DNA from: Occultella glacieicola | Lineage (GTDB): Bacteria; Actinomycetota; Actinomycetes; Actinomycetales; Beutenbergiaceae | Assembly: GCF_004353825.1 (NCBI RefSeq) | Contig: NZ_SMNA01000008.1 | Coordinates: forward strand, 124,001-188,000 | DNA length: 64,000 nucleotides | Reading direction: 5' to 3' | Shown: positions 41,234 to 50,113 of the stretch, piece after piece | How the letters are laid out: every line of letters starts with the position of its first letter | How positions within the stretch are numbered: position 1 is the first letter of the stretch | Translations under genes and position numbers: made by a program | Notes under the pieces: model-generated | Told to the model about the DNA's origin: nothing | Databases searched by the model: none | Seen by the model: the letters and a program-made list of their open reading frames with translations, nothing else

Positions 41234-42016
41234 CTACTTGACGTCCGCCCGGCGGAAGAGCAGCCACGCCAGCGCGCCCATCGCGGCGATGAACACCACC
41301 GAGACGGCGGTAGTGGTCAGCAGGTCACCGGTGCTGCTGTCCGGGAGCGGCATCCGGTCGGCGGAGAACGGGGTGAGCCCGGCGATCGCCTCGCCGGGAG
41401 CGGTGTCCGAGACGGTGCTGACGAGCAGGTCCGCGACGAACGACCAGACGAAGCCCGTCGCCATCACCACGATGGGCCGCTTCAGCACGAAGGCGAGCGG
41501 GATGCACACAGCGAGCTTCGCGGCGTAGAGCAGCCCGGTCACCACACTCACCGCGACCAGGTGGACGACGCCGCCCGCGTCGAGCTCCACGGAGTCGGCC
41601 GTGAGCAACGCGAACGTCGTCGGGAGCGCCGGCTCGAAGGACGCGCCCGTTGCCCGCCCCACGAGCGCGGCCAACCCGTAGGGCAGGCTCACCAGGATCA
41701 CCGCGAGCGAGGCGGTCATGGCCTTCGAGGCGACGACCGGTCCGCGGCCCGCCGCGAGCAGTGCGGCGTGGACGGACTTCGTCTCGAAGGGGCGGGCGAT
41801 GGCGAGACCGATCAGCAGCGGGCCGAGCAGACTGATGATCAGGATGTCGCTGACGCCCTGCACACCGCTCGCGGACGCGGGATCGAGACCGCCGCTCGCC
41901 AACCGGTACTGCAGGAAGGTGTAGAGCGCAGCGGCTGCGCACGCCACCAGGACACTGACGGTCATCGCGGTCGAGTGGCGTTGGACATAGAGGTCGGCCT
42001 GCAGTTGGTTGATCAT
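41234..42016 (-). CDS. ABC-2 type permease
   Basis: about 6 TM segments, ends F.R.DVK; ATGA-coupled to the ATPase. Confidence 0.8.
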   Translation of the reverse strand: MINQLQADLYVQRHSTAMTVSVLVACAAAALYTFLQYRLASGGLDPASASGVQGVSDILIISLLGPLLIGLAIARPFETKSVHAALLAAGRGPVVASKAMTASLAVILVSLPYGLAALVGRATGASFEPALPTTFALLTADSVELDAGGVVHLVAVSVVTGLLYAAKLAVCIPLAFVLKRPIVVMATGFVWSFVADLLVSTVSDTAPGEAIAGLTPFSADRMPLPDSSTGDLLTTTAVSVVFIAAMGALAWLLFRRADVK

Positions 42017-42933
42017 GATCTCCCCGCTCCGGTGACGGTGAGGAAGAAGCTCTCGAGCGACTCTCCCTCAGGGCTGAAGGCGGTGGGCCACACGTCCTGG
42101 CGGACCAGGGTGCGCAGCACGGACTCGGCGTCGTCGAGGTGCGAGGTGAGCCGGACCGAGCGGTCCGGCATCACGGTGAAGTCCGACGTCCCCAGGCCCT
42201 GCTCAAGAACGGTGGTCAGGCGCTCGGTATCGGGTGCCTCGATGCGTAAGAACCTCTGCGTCTGCGCATCGAGCTCGGCGAGGGTAAGGGTCCGGCGCAC
42301 GGCGCCGCGGTCCACGATGATGTAGTCCGTTGCGGTCTGGTACAGCTCCGGCAGGTTGTGGCTGGAGAGCAGGACCGTGATGCCGCGCTCGATCGCGAGG
42401 TCCCGGATGAGGCGCCGCACCTCGACCACTCCGGCGGGATCCAGCCCGTTGACCGGCTCGTCGAGGACCAGCAGTTCCGGCGCCGAGATCAGGGCCAGCG
42501 CGATTCCCAGGCGCTGGCGCATGCCGAGCGAGAAGTTCGAGACCCGCTTGCGGCCGGTGTCGGCCAGCCCGACGAGCTCCAACAGCTCGGTCTCGACGTT
42601 GGGGTCGGGCACGCCGCGGATCAGACGGTGCACGTGCATGTTCTGCCGCGCCGTCATCGCACCGTAGGGCGTCGGGGTCTCGATCAGGGTCCCGATCCGG
42701 GCCAGGTCCTGCTGCCGTGGACGCTCCGCGTCGGAGCCGAACAGACTGATCGTGCCGGCGGTCGGGATCGCCAGTCCCGAGATCATCCGCATCAGGGTGG
42801 TCTTGCCGGCCCCGTTCGACCCGATCAGGCCGTACACGCGACCACGCTCCATCCGGATGCTGACGTCGTCGACCGCACGCTGCTCGCCGTACCGTTTGGT
42901 GAGCCCGCGGGTGACGAGTACCTCCTCGGTCAT
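42013..42933 (-). CDS. ABC ATP-binding protein (BcrA/lantibiotic-immunity-like)
   Basis: GSNGAGKTT, FSLGMRQRLGIA, LDEPVNGLDP, SSH, ESLE..F. Confidence 0.92.
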   Translation of the reverse strand: MTEEVLVTRGLTKRYGEQRAVDDVSIRMERGRVYGLIGSNGAGKTTLMRMISGLAIPTAGTISLFGSDAERPRQQDLARIGTLIETPTPYGAMTARQNMHVHRLIRGVPDPNVETELLELVGLADTGRKRVSNFSLGMRQRLGIALALISAPELLVLDEPVNGLDPAGVVEVRRLIRDLAIERGITVLLSSHNLPELYQTATDYIIVDRGAVRRTLTLAELDAQTQRFLRIEAPDTERLTTVLEQGLGTSDFTVMPDRSVRLTSHLDDAESVLRTLVRQDVWPTAFSPEGESLESFFLTVTGAGRS

Positions 42934-43061
42934 GCCGATCTCCTCCGCCGGTTCCCGGGCCGATCGCGGCCCGGATCTTCTGGACGTCACCGACCGTACG
43001 GACCGGAGGTTCAGCCGACGTCAAGTGGCGACCGAGAGGGTGTGGAAAGGGTCAAGAAGCG

Positions 43062-43751
43062 TCAGGATCGCGTCAGGACCCGCCGCAACCGGTACCCGAG
43101 GCCCCAGACGGTCTCGATCGGATCCGAGTCCGGGGCTGCGTCGCGAAGTTTGGCGCGCAGGTTGGACAGGTGCGTCTTGACCGCGGCGTCGTCGCCGACG
43201 AACGGCTCCTCCCAGACGGCCTCGTAGATCGACGGACGTGACCGGACCGTGTCCGGGGACTCCAGCAACAGGCGCAGGATCCGCAGCTCGGTCGCGGTCA
43301 GCGCCACCGGCCGGCCCGCGATCGTGGCGCGTGCCGAGGCCGGGTCGAGTGTGAGGTCCCCGTGGGCCAGGGACCGGTCATCGGTGGCCGGGTGCGCGCG
43401 GCGCAGCAGGACCTCGATCCGGGTCGCCACCTCGGTGAGGTCGAAGGGCTTGGTCACGTAGTCATCGGCGCCCAGCCGCAGCAGGTCCACCTTGGTGACC
43501 ACGGCATCCCTCGCGCTGAGCACGAGCACCGGGACGGAGCTGTGCCTGCGGATCTCGGTCAACAGCACCGATCCGTCGACGTAGGGGAGCATCAGGTCCA
43601 GCACGACGAGGTCGACGGGGGCGCCGGCCAGCGCGGCGCGTGCGGCGAGACCGTCACGGACCCCGCGCACCTCGTGGCCCTCGGCGGTCAGTGTCTCGAC
43701 CAGCAGGGCGTTCACGTCGGCGTTGTCCTCTACCACCAGGATCTGCGCCAT
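43062..43751 (-). CDS. OmpR family response regulator
   Basis: ILVVED, LDLMLP, GADDYVTKPF, IETVWGLGYR. Confidence 0.95.
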   Translation of the reverse strand: MAQILVVEDNADVNALLVETLTAEGHEVRGVRDGLAARAALAGAPVDLVVLDLMLPYVDGSVLLTEIRRHSSVPVLVLSARDAVVTKVDLLRLGADDYVTKPFDLTEVATRIEVLLRRAHPATDDRSLAHGDLTLDPASARATIAGRPVALTATELRILRLLLESPDTVRSRPSIYEAVWEEPFVGDDAAVKTHLSNLRAKLRDAAPDSDPIETVWGLGYRLRRVLTRS

Positions 43752-43798
43752 GAGGGCAACGCTAGCGGTCCGATCGTCGACTGGGACTGACCGGCGCC

Positions 43799-45103
43799 TC
43801 AGGCCTGGCCGGTCCGGCCGAACCGGGTCAGGGCGTCGAGGATCGGTGCCGGCGCGAGCAGGAACATCGGGGTGAGTTCCTCCCACCCGCGTTCCTTGAC
43901 CCGCCGGGCGAACGCCTCGTGTGCGGCGTCCACCGGGTTCGATGTGTCCAGACCCGACCCGTCCGTGCCCAGGAGGGCGAGGTGGTACATCCACACCGAC
44001 CCGTCCGCCTCGGTGTGCTTGAACGTTGCCTCGAACGCCGCTCGCTCGGCGGGGAGCGTGGCTTGGCACTCCGCGTAGCGGTCGGTGAGCATCTGCATCC
44101 AGATGCCGAGCTCGGCCTCCTTGCCCGGCAGGATCCGGGCCCGGGACAGCTCCAGTCGGAGGCCGTCGGGCACGGTGGCGGGCATGGGGTGCGGGGGCGC
44201 GTCCGGGGGATCCGGGCGGAACGGGGTGTTCGCCTGCCGATCCACGGCGTCGGTGCCCGCCTGATCGCCGGCGGGGCCGGGCCCGGCGACGGGTGCGCGC
44301 CCGAGCACCATCAGGTGGGCCGAGGCGCCGATGAGCGTGGGCTCACGCTCGATGCGGCGGATCGCCTCGAGCACCCGCCGCTGCGCCGCACCGCCGTCGA
44401 GCAGGTCCGCCATGGTGGGCGCGGAGCCGGACGGTCCCTCGATGGCGATCGGGCCGTCGACGTCGAGACCCGCGGCCGCGACCTCGGCGGTCAGTTCCTC
44501 GGGGCGGTGGAAGTACGCCGTCGTGAACCACCCGCGGACGTTGGCGGGGTTGAGGTGTCGTCCGGTCGCCACGTCCGCGGCCACGATCTCGGCGAACTCC
44601 TCGCTCTCCAGATGCGAGGCTCCGATGGCGTCCAGGGTCGAGGCGAAGCGGCTGATCCCGACGGCAACCACCACCCCGCCCGGCCGCAGCACCCGGCGTG
44701 CTTCACGTAGGGCGAGCGCCCGGTCGTCCGGCTCGGTCAGGTGGTACAACGGGCCCAGCATCAGCACGACATCCACACTCGCGTCCGCGACGGGCAGGTC
44801 TCGCGCATCGCCCAGCGTCGCCGAGCGCAGCGGTGTGGCCGACGAGGCACTCGCCGCGCTCGCCTCCTCGACGTGCCGTGGCACCGGGTCCAGCAGGTCC
44901 ACGGTGTACCCGCGCTCGGCCAGCCAGAGGGCGTAGGCACCCGGGCCGCCGCCGACGTCGAGCACCACGGCCGGTGCCGGCGGCAGGAGCCGGCCGAGCA
45001 ACTCCTGCGTGCGGACCCGTTCGAGCAGACCTGGGCCCTCGCTGAGCCGGCCCGCCTCGCGGCCCTGGTCGTAGTAGTCGCGGATCTCGTCCTCGATCGG
45101 CAT
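43799..45103 (-). CDS. class I SAM methyltransferase fused to a DUF6176-like domain
   Basis: LDVGGGPG, GDARDL, MLGPLYHL, TTAYFH.P; second domain after a Pro-rich linker. Confidence 0.75.
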   Translation of the reverse strand: MPIEDEIRDYYDQGREAGRLSEGPGLLERVRTQELLGRLLPPAPAVVLDVGGGPGAYALWLAERGYTVDLLDPVPRHVEEASAASASSATPLRSATLGDARDLPVADASVDVVLMLGPLYHLTEPDDRALALREARRVLRPGGVVVAVGISRFASTLDAIGASHLESEEFAEIVAADVATGRHLNPANVRGWFTTAYFHRPEELTAEVAAAGLDVDGPIAIEGPSGSAPTMADLLDGGAAQRRVLEAIRRIEREPTLIGASAHLMVLGRAPVAGPGPAGDQAGTDAVDRQANTPFRPDPPDAPPHPMPATVPDGLRLELSRARILPGKEAELGIWMQMLTDRYAECQATLPAERAAFEATFKHTEADGSVWMYHLALLGTDGSGLDTSNPVDAAHEAFARRVKERGWEELTPMFLLAPAPILDALTRFGRTGQA

Positions 45104-45105
45104 GG

Positions 45106-46218
45106 CTACGGCGTCCCGTCGTCGGTGGGTGGAGGAGCAACCGCCCCGGCGGCGCGACGGCGTCGGGTCGGGTCCGTCAGCACGGCCACGTTGCCGACCC
45201 ACTGCTCGAGGGAGCCGACCTCGGGCGGCAGCGCGAGCACGTCGGGGTCGGTGAGCGACGCCCGCAGGGGGCCATCGTGGGAGACCAGGGAGCGGAACGG
45301 CCGGTCCCAGAAGTTCTCGATGGCCGGGGTCGGCGTGGGCAGGCCGAGGTCCCGCTGCCGCGCGCTCAGGACCTGCAGGGCCTCGACGAGGGCAGCCTCC
45401 CGCCCGCGCCACCCCGGCGCGGTCACGGCTGCGGCCAGGGCGGGCGCGGCCGTCGAGGCGTGGGGGAGCGCTGCGAACAGGGTGCCCCGCCACTTCGGGT
45501 AGGGCGGCCAGGACCGGTCGAGGAGGAACCCGAGGTGCATCGCGATGTCGACGAGACGGGCGGTGATGACAGCGGCCCCGGTCTCGTCACCGCGGGTCCC
45601 GGTGCGGCCGACGAACGGCAGTTCCTGGGTGAGCCGAGCCCAGTCCGCGGCGAGCAGGTACCGCCACAGGTCGTCGGGGTACCAGGCGAGGCGCCGCCGC
45701 AGTTCGGTGAGCGTTCCGGCGGTGTCGATGAACACCGCGCCGGCGGTGACCTCGAGCATCGCCTGCCCGGTCACGCCGAGCCAGTCCGTCACGGTCAGGT
45801 CGGTGCGGGTGTCCAGCCCGGTCCGGGACTCCACGAAGTCGTGGGCCTCGGCGACCTCCACCTGGTGGCCGACCGCCGGGTGCCAGCTCGTCGGGAACCG
45901 GGTCGGCAGGCCCGCGTACGTGCGCGGTAGCTGTGCCTCGAGGAACCCGTCGACATCGGCGACGGAGCCCGCCGGCACCAGCAGGGTCAGCCGCAGGCCC
46001 CAGTCGTGGTCGCGGGACATGGCGTCGTCCAGGCCGAGCACGTCGGAGCCGCTGCCGAGCCGGGCCGCGGCGTGTGGGAGACCGGGCCACCTGGTCCCGA
46101 CCAGTGGACCCACCACGTCACGGTAGTAGGCACCGGCGAGGGCGATCCCGGACCGGACGCCGACGTCGTCGGCCCTCGCGCGATCGGACCACACGGGTGC
46201 CGTCGGTGCCTCATCCAT
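45106..46218 (-). CDS. DUF4037 domain protein
   Basis: GSGSDVLGLDD.MSRDHDWG, TAG.VF.D..G, PYPKW. Confidence 0.8.
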   Translation of the reverse strand: MDEAPTAPVWSDRARADDVGVRSGIALAGAYYRDVVGPLVGTRWPGLPHAAARLGSGSDVLGLDDAMSRDHDWGLRLTLLVPAGSVADVDGFLEAQLPRTYAGLPTRFPTSWHPAVGHQVEVAEAHDFVESRTGLDTRTDLTVTDWLGVTGQAMLEVTAGAVFIDTAGTLTELRRRLAWYPDDLWRYLLAADWARLTQELPFVGRTGTRGDETGAAVITARLVDIAMHLGFLLDRSWPPYPKWRGTLFAALPHASTAAPALAAAVTAPGWRGREAALVEALQVLSARQRDLGLPTPTPAIENFWDRPFRSLVSHDGPLRASLTDPDVLALPPEVGSLEQWVGNVAVLTDPTRRRRAAGAVAPPPTDDGTP

Positions 46219-46280
46219 GCCGCGACCCTGTCATGCTCCGGCGCGGCCGGGCCAGGGCTTTCCGGAGGCACCCCCGGCGT

Positions 46281-47090
46281 TCAGAGCCCGGCGGCGTCCT
46301 CGATGACGCGGTTCATGAGGTCGGCGGTGCTCACCCGCCAGTGCTCGCGCGGTGGCGCGGCGGGCGGGGCGTGCCCGGTCAGTGAGGCCAGTGCCACGGC
46401 CACGATCGGTTCGACATCCCGCCCGAAGGCGCGGATCCCGTACGCTCCGGCTTCCTGTTTCGAGAGCACGGCGCCGGTCGCGATGGTCGCGTGCAGCCGC
46501 AGCGGGCCGAGGACGTTCCATTCCACGGCCGCCGCCCGGATCGGCCGGCCGCCGACCGCGAGCCGCTCGGCCTGGGCCGCCCAGTAGTCTCGCAGGTTCG
46601 CCAGGTTCCACTCCCGGAGGTGGTCGGGTTCGGGGTCGAGGTCGAGCTCCGCCGGCTTCGGCCCCCGTACGGTCATGCCTCGGGTGGCGAGCACCTGCCA
46701 CATGACCGGGTTCACGTCGAACCCCGCGCCCGCGGTGAACTCATGGCCCACATGCGAGGCGACCGGCACGATCCGGGTCACCGGCAGGGACAGGTCCGCC
46801 CGGTGCACGAAGACCGCGTTGCACATCGCGAAGAGCCGACGGGTCCGGGCCAGTCCAGCCAGCATCCGCGGAGTCTGCGCCAGGTGCAGGGCGCGCAGCC
46901 GCCGCCGGTCGGCGGCCGTGACGGCGGCGTCGTCCAGGACCACCAGCAGGTCGATGTCGCTGCGCCCCGGCCGGTAGGCACCCAGCGCCGTGGAACCGAA
47001 CACGTAGGCGCCGACCACCCGACCGGGCAGCAGCCGGTCGGCCCGGCCGAGGTAGGAGCCGACGGCCCGGCGGACCTCGGCGGGGAGCAT
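46281..47090 (-). CDS. nucleotidyltransferase (aminoglycoside adenylyltransferase-like)
   Basis: GS.ALG.Y..GRSDIDL; LG..RLH.T..TG..LSK. Confidence 0.8.
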   Translation of the reverse strand: MLPAEVRRAVGSYLGRADRLLPGRVVGAYVFGSTALGAYRPGRSDIDLLVVLDDAAVTAADRRRLRALHLAQTPRMLAGLARTRRLFAMCNAVFVHRADLSLPVTRIVPVASHVGHEFTAGAGFDVNPVMWQVLATRGMTVRGPKPAELDLDPEPDHLREWNLANLRDYWAAQAERLAVGGRPIRAAAVEWNVLGPLRLHATIATGAVLSKQEAGAYGIRAFGRDVEPIVAVALASLTGHAPPAAPPREHWRVSTADLMNRVIEDAAGL

Positions 47091-47422
47091 GACCGGCACC
47101 CTACGCGGCTCCGGGCTTCGCGCTGTGCTGAACAACTCAGTCCACTTGGTCGAGGCGCGTTGCTGTTGTCAGCGTCGCCCGACTCCTCGAACCACAGATC
47201 AGTTGCGACGGCATGGCAACTCCGTATCGATGATCAGGCCAGCACAGCCATCAGATCGAACGGGCCGGCCCGACCATCGCGTTCACCGTCTCCGCGCCAT
47301 CGCCGACCCGGACGAGACAGCAACGAACGACGACTCACTCTCCTGTTTCTGCCCCATCGCAGTCATGTCCAAGTGTCGCTCTTGCCCGAAGACACGGTCC
47401 CGAGGTCCGGAAATGGGAGAAT

Positions 47423-47719
47423 ATGACGATGGTGACACCTGAGGAAGCGCGGCAGTTGCTCGTCGAGTACTTCGCGAAGAATCCGCCGGCGGTATCGGGT
47501 GACCTGTACGTCGCGCCTGAATGGTTCGAAGACGAGGACGACTTCCTCACCGTGTGGGGATCTCGGCAGTTCTTCCTCGAAGGCAAGGCGGAGTACGGCA
47601 GCTGGAACAACGAGGTCCTGTTCATGGACAAGCGCACCGGGGAGGTCCGCCGCGATATGCACAACGCGAACTTCCGCAAGATCCGGGCGATGACCCCGAT
47701 CGATGTGGGTGAGGGATGA
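47423..47719 (+). CDS. small hypothetical protein (immunity-protein-like)
   Basis: GGAGA RBS, acidic/aromatic 98 aa, high-GC3 codons. Confidence 0.65.
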   Translation: MTMVTPEEARQLLVEYFAKNPPAVSGDLYVAPEWFEDEDDFLTVWGSRQFFLEGKAEYGSWNNEVLFMDKRTGEVRRDMHNANFRKIRAMTPIDVGEG

Positions 47720-48114
47720 CGGTGCGGCTCACGGCAGTCCAGCTCCGATCGCCCCGGACACGATCGGGCAGTTCGCCGACCGGTTCCGGCGCGCGCGGCC
47801 GAGGACCCGGCGCTTGCTGGGCCTGTGTGGGAGTGGGAGCCGCGCTCGGCCGCGGCCGAGCGTGACGGGGTTCCCGCCTTCGTGGCCAGTCGTGAGGGTC
47901 GAGTTGGCTGGCGACCGTCAGCGGCCGCCGGGACGCGCCCCGACGCTGACGTCGTCGAGGTAGGGGCCCTTGAACCGCATCGCGGGTGCCGGCTGCTCGC
48001 ACGGCTCGTGTGGGATGCCGCGCTCCCGTTCAGAACTCGGGTGACTGATCCGCCGCGCCGCGGGTCGCTAGGCTCGATGGGGCGCGGCACTGGACCGTGC
48101 GAGAGGAGACCGCA

Positions 48115-48471
48115 ATGGCTCGGATTCCCCCCGCGGTGAGCGTCTTCGTCGACCGTGCGGCGGCACTCGACGGCGCCGCCTACCCCGCGATCGAAGACGC
48201 CCACCTCGACGCCGATGAGGTGGCAGCGCTGCACGAGAGGCGCGACCCGAAGTTGTCGGCGTCCGAGTCGTCGTCCCTCGACGCGTACGTCCGCGAGCGA
48301 CTGCGCGCCCGCAGTGCTGACCTGCCGCAGTCCGGCATCGGCACCATCAGTGGTGCCATCGGCGCGACGAACCTGGCCGCGCGGGTGATCTGGAAGCGCG
48401 ACACCGTGGCGCCGGAGGTCTTCGAGATCGTCGTCGCGCCGTTCCGGGACGCCGGAGTCGAGGTGCCCTGA
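48115..48471 (+). CDS. hypothetical protein
   Basis: AGGAG RBS, codon use. Confidence 0.65.
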   Translation: MARIPPAVSVFVDRAAALDGAAYPAIEDAHLDADEVAALHERRDPKLSASESSSLDAYVRERLRARSADLPQSGIGTISGAIGATNLAARVIWKRDTVAPEVFEIVVAPFRDAGVEVP

Positions 48472-48627
48472 CGGAATTGGTGTTCTCCCCATGCGGTCGA
48501 TCCCGAGGTCCGCTTGTGCTGGGGGCACCGGCCGCGGCGGGAGGACCCCTCCCAGCCCGCGGGCAGATCGACGGCCCTACGTGAACGAACGCATAGCCCG
48601 GCCTTGTGCTCGGTACCAAGGCAGACC

Positions 48628-49209
48628 CTAGGAGGTCTCCAGGTGCAGGCGGCAGCGGGCCTGATAGCTCTCGATGCCGCCGACGTGCTCGGCGCCGGGA
48701 ACCATCGCGTCGCCCACGGCTCCCGCTCGGACCCGCTGGTGGAAGGCCGCGTCCCGCCCGCAGACGGCGCACACCGCGGTGAGTTTCGTGACCGACTCGG
48801 CGACCGCCATCAGGGCCGGCAGCGGCTCGAACGGCCGCGCGTCGAACGTGACCGACAGTCCGGCGACCACCACCACGATGCCGCGCCCGGCGAGCTCCGT
48901 GGCGGCCTCGAGCAGGTCCGGGCCGAAGAACTGGGCCTCGTCGACCGCGACCAGGTCCGGGGCGCGCCCAGCGAGGAGGTCGAGCAGCGCCGGGACGCCG
49001 GAGGCCATGTGCGACTCGGTGCTCTGCCCGGTGTGCGAGGACACCGTGCCGGTGCCGTGTCGCTCGTCCAGGGCGTGGTTGACGACCGTCACCTCCAGGC
49101 CGGCGAGCCGGGCGCGGCGGACCCGGCGCAGCAGTTCCTCGGACTTGCCCGCGAACATCGGCCCGCAGACCACCTCGATCCGGCCGGCGGGGCCGGTTTC
49201 TGTGCGCAT
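48628..49209 (-). CDS. tdk: thymidine kinase
   Basis: GPMFAGKSEEL, DEAQFF, A.C.VCG, GG.ESYQARCR.H. Confidence 0.93.
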   Translation of the reverse strand: MRTETGPAGRIEVVCGPMFAGKSEELLRRVRRARLAGLEVTVVNHALDERHGTGTVSSHTGQSTESHMASGVPALLDLLAGRAPDLVAVDEAQFFGPDLLEAATELAGRGIVVVVAGLSVTFDARPFEPLPALMAVAESVTKLTAVCAVCGRDAAFHQRVRAGAVGDAMVPGAEHVGGIESYQARCRLHLETS

Positions 49210-49228
49210 GCCCGCGAGAGTACCTGCC

Positions 49229-49311
49229 GGTGCCGACGATTCCGACAGGTGCCGACGGTGCCGGGTGTGCCGACGGTGCCGAGGGTGCCGACAGTGCCGA
49301 GGTGCCGAGGC
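49229..49311. repeat. about 9-bp tandem repeat (GGTGCCGAC) in the tdk/GNAT divergent promoter
   Basis: about 9 imperfect copies. Confidence 0.75.
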
Positions 49312-49393
49312 GCGGATCGCGGTTTGCGCGGAGGTGCCGGCACCGGGCAAATCCCGTGGCCGGGTGCACGGTCGCCCTGCCACCATGGCCGGC

Positions 49394-50104
49394 ATGGACT
49401 ACGTGACGTGGCGGTCCGGTGACGTCGAGGCGACCGCCTGGCGACGCCCGGACGGCCGGTGGCAGCTGGGCCTGCCCGACCGGACCGAGTCCTGGCCGGC
49501 GCTGCTCGCCGGCCGGCCGGGCGCCGTCGACCGGCTTCTTGTCAGCGCGACCGAGGGCTCCTGGGACGCGCCGCTCGCGGACCTGGGATTCACCGCCGTC
49601 CGCACGGAGCAGGTCTGGCACCTCCCGGTGGCCGGCCTGACCACGGCGATCACGAGTGCCGCGCACACCTTCACCCCGGTCACCGGCTGCGACCTGGACC
49701 GCGTGCGGGACCTGGACAACATCGTCCGGCAGCAGATCCCCGGGACCGAGGACTGGACGGGCACCGTCGAGGACCTGCGAGCGACCCTCTCCGACGACGA
49801 GTTCGACCCGCTCCTGTACCTGATCGCCGTGCACACCGGCTCCGGTTCCTACGACGGCCTGATCCGCGTCTGGTACCGCCGCCCCCGGCCCCGGCTGGGC
49901 TGCCTCGGGGTGGTGCCGCAGTGGCGGCGCACCCGGCTCGCGGCCGGGCTGCTCGGCGCCGTCGCCACCATCCTGCGCGGGCGCGCGGTCACCGAGATCC
50001 TGACCGAGACCGACCTGCGCAACCCCGACTCCCACCCGATGGCGGCCCGCCACGGGGGCATCCCACGGCACCGCACGACCGAGTGGGCGCTGACCGCCGG
50101 ATAG
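49394..50104 (+). CDS. GNAT family acetyltransferase
   Basis: GLIRVW, LGVVPQWRRTRLA, TETD..N. Confidence 0.7.
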   Translation: MDYVTWRSGDVEATAWRRPDGRWQLGLPDRTESWPALLAGRPGAVDRLLVSATEGSWDAPLADLGFTAVRTEQVWHLPVAGLTTAITSAAHTFTPVTGCDLDRVRDLDNIVRQQIPGTEDWTGTVEDLRATLSDDEFDPLLYLIAVHTGSGSYDGLIRVWYRRPRPRLGCLGVVPQWRRTRLAAGLLGAVATILRGRAVTEILTETDLRNPDSHPMAARHGGIPRHRTTEWALTAG

Positions 50105-50113
50105 CATCGAGGA

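Larger units (their letters stand above)
40214..43797. mobile_element. direct-repeat-bounded islet (TCS plus ABC), no integrase
   Basis: TCGTCGACTGGGACTGACCGGCGC at 40214-40237 and 43774-43797. Confidence 0.7.
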
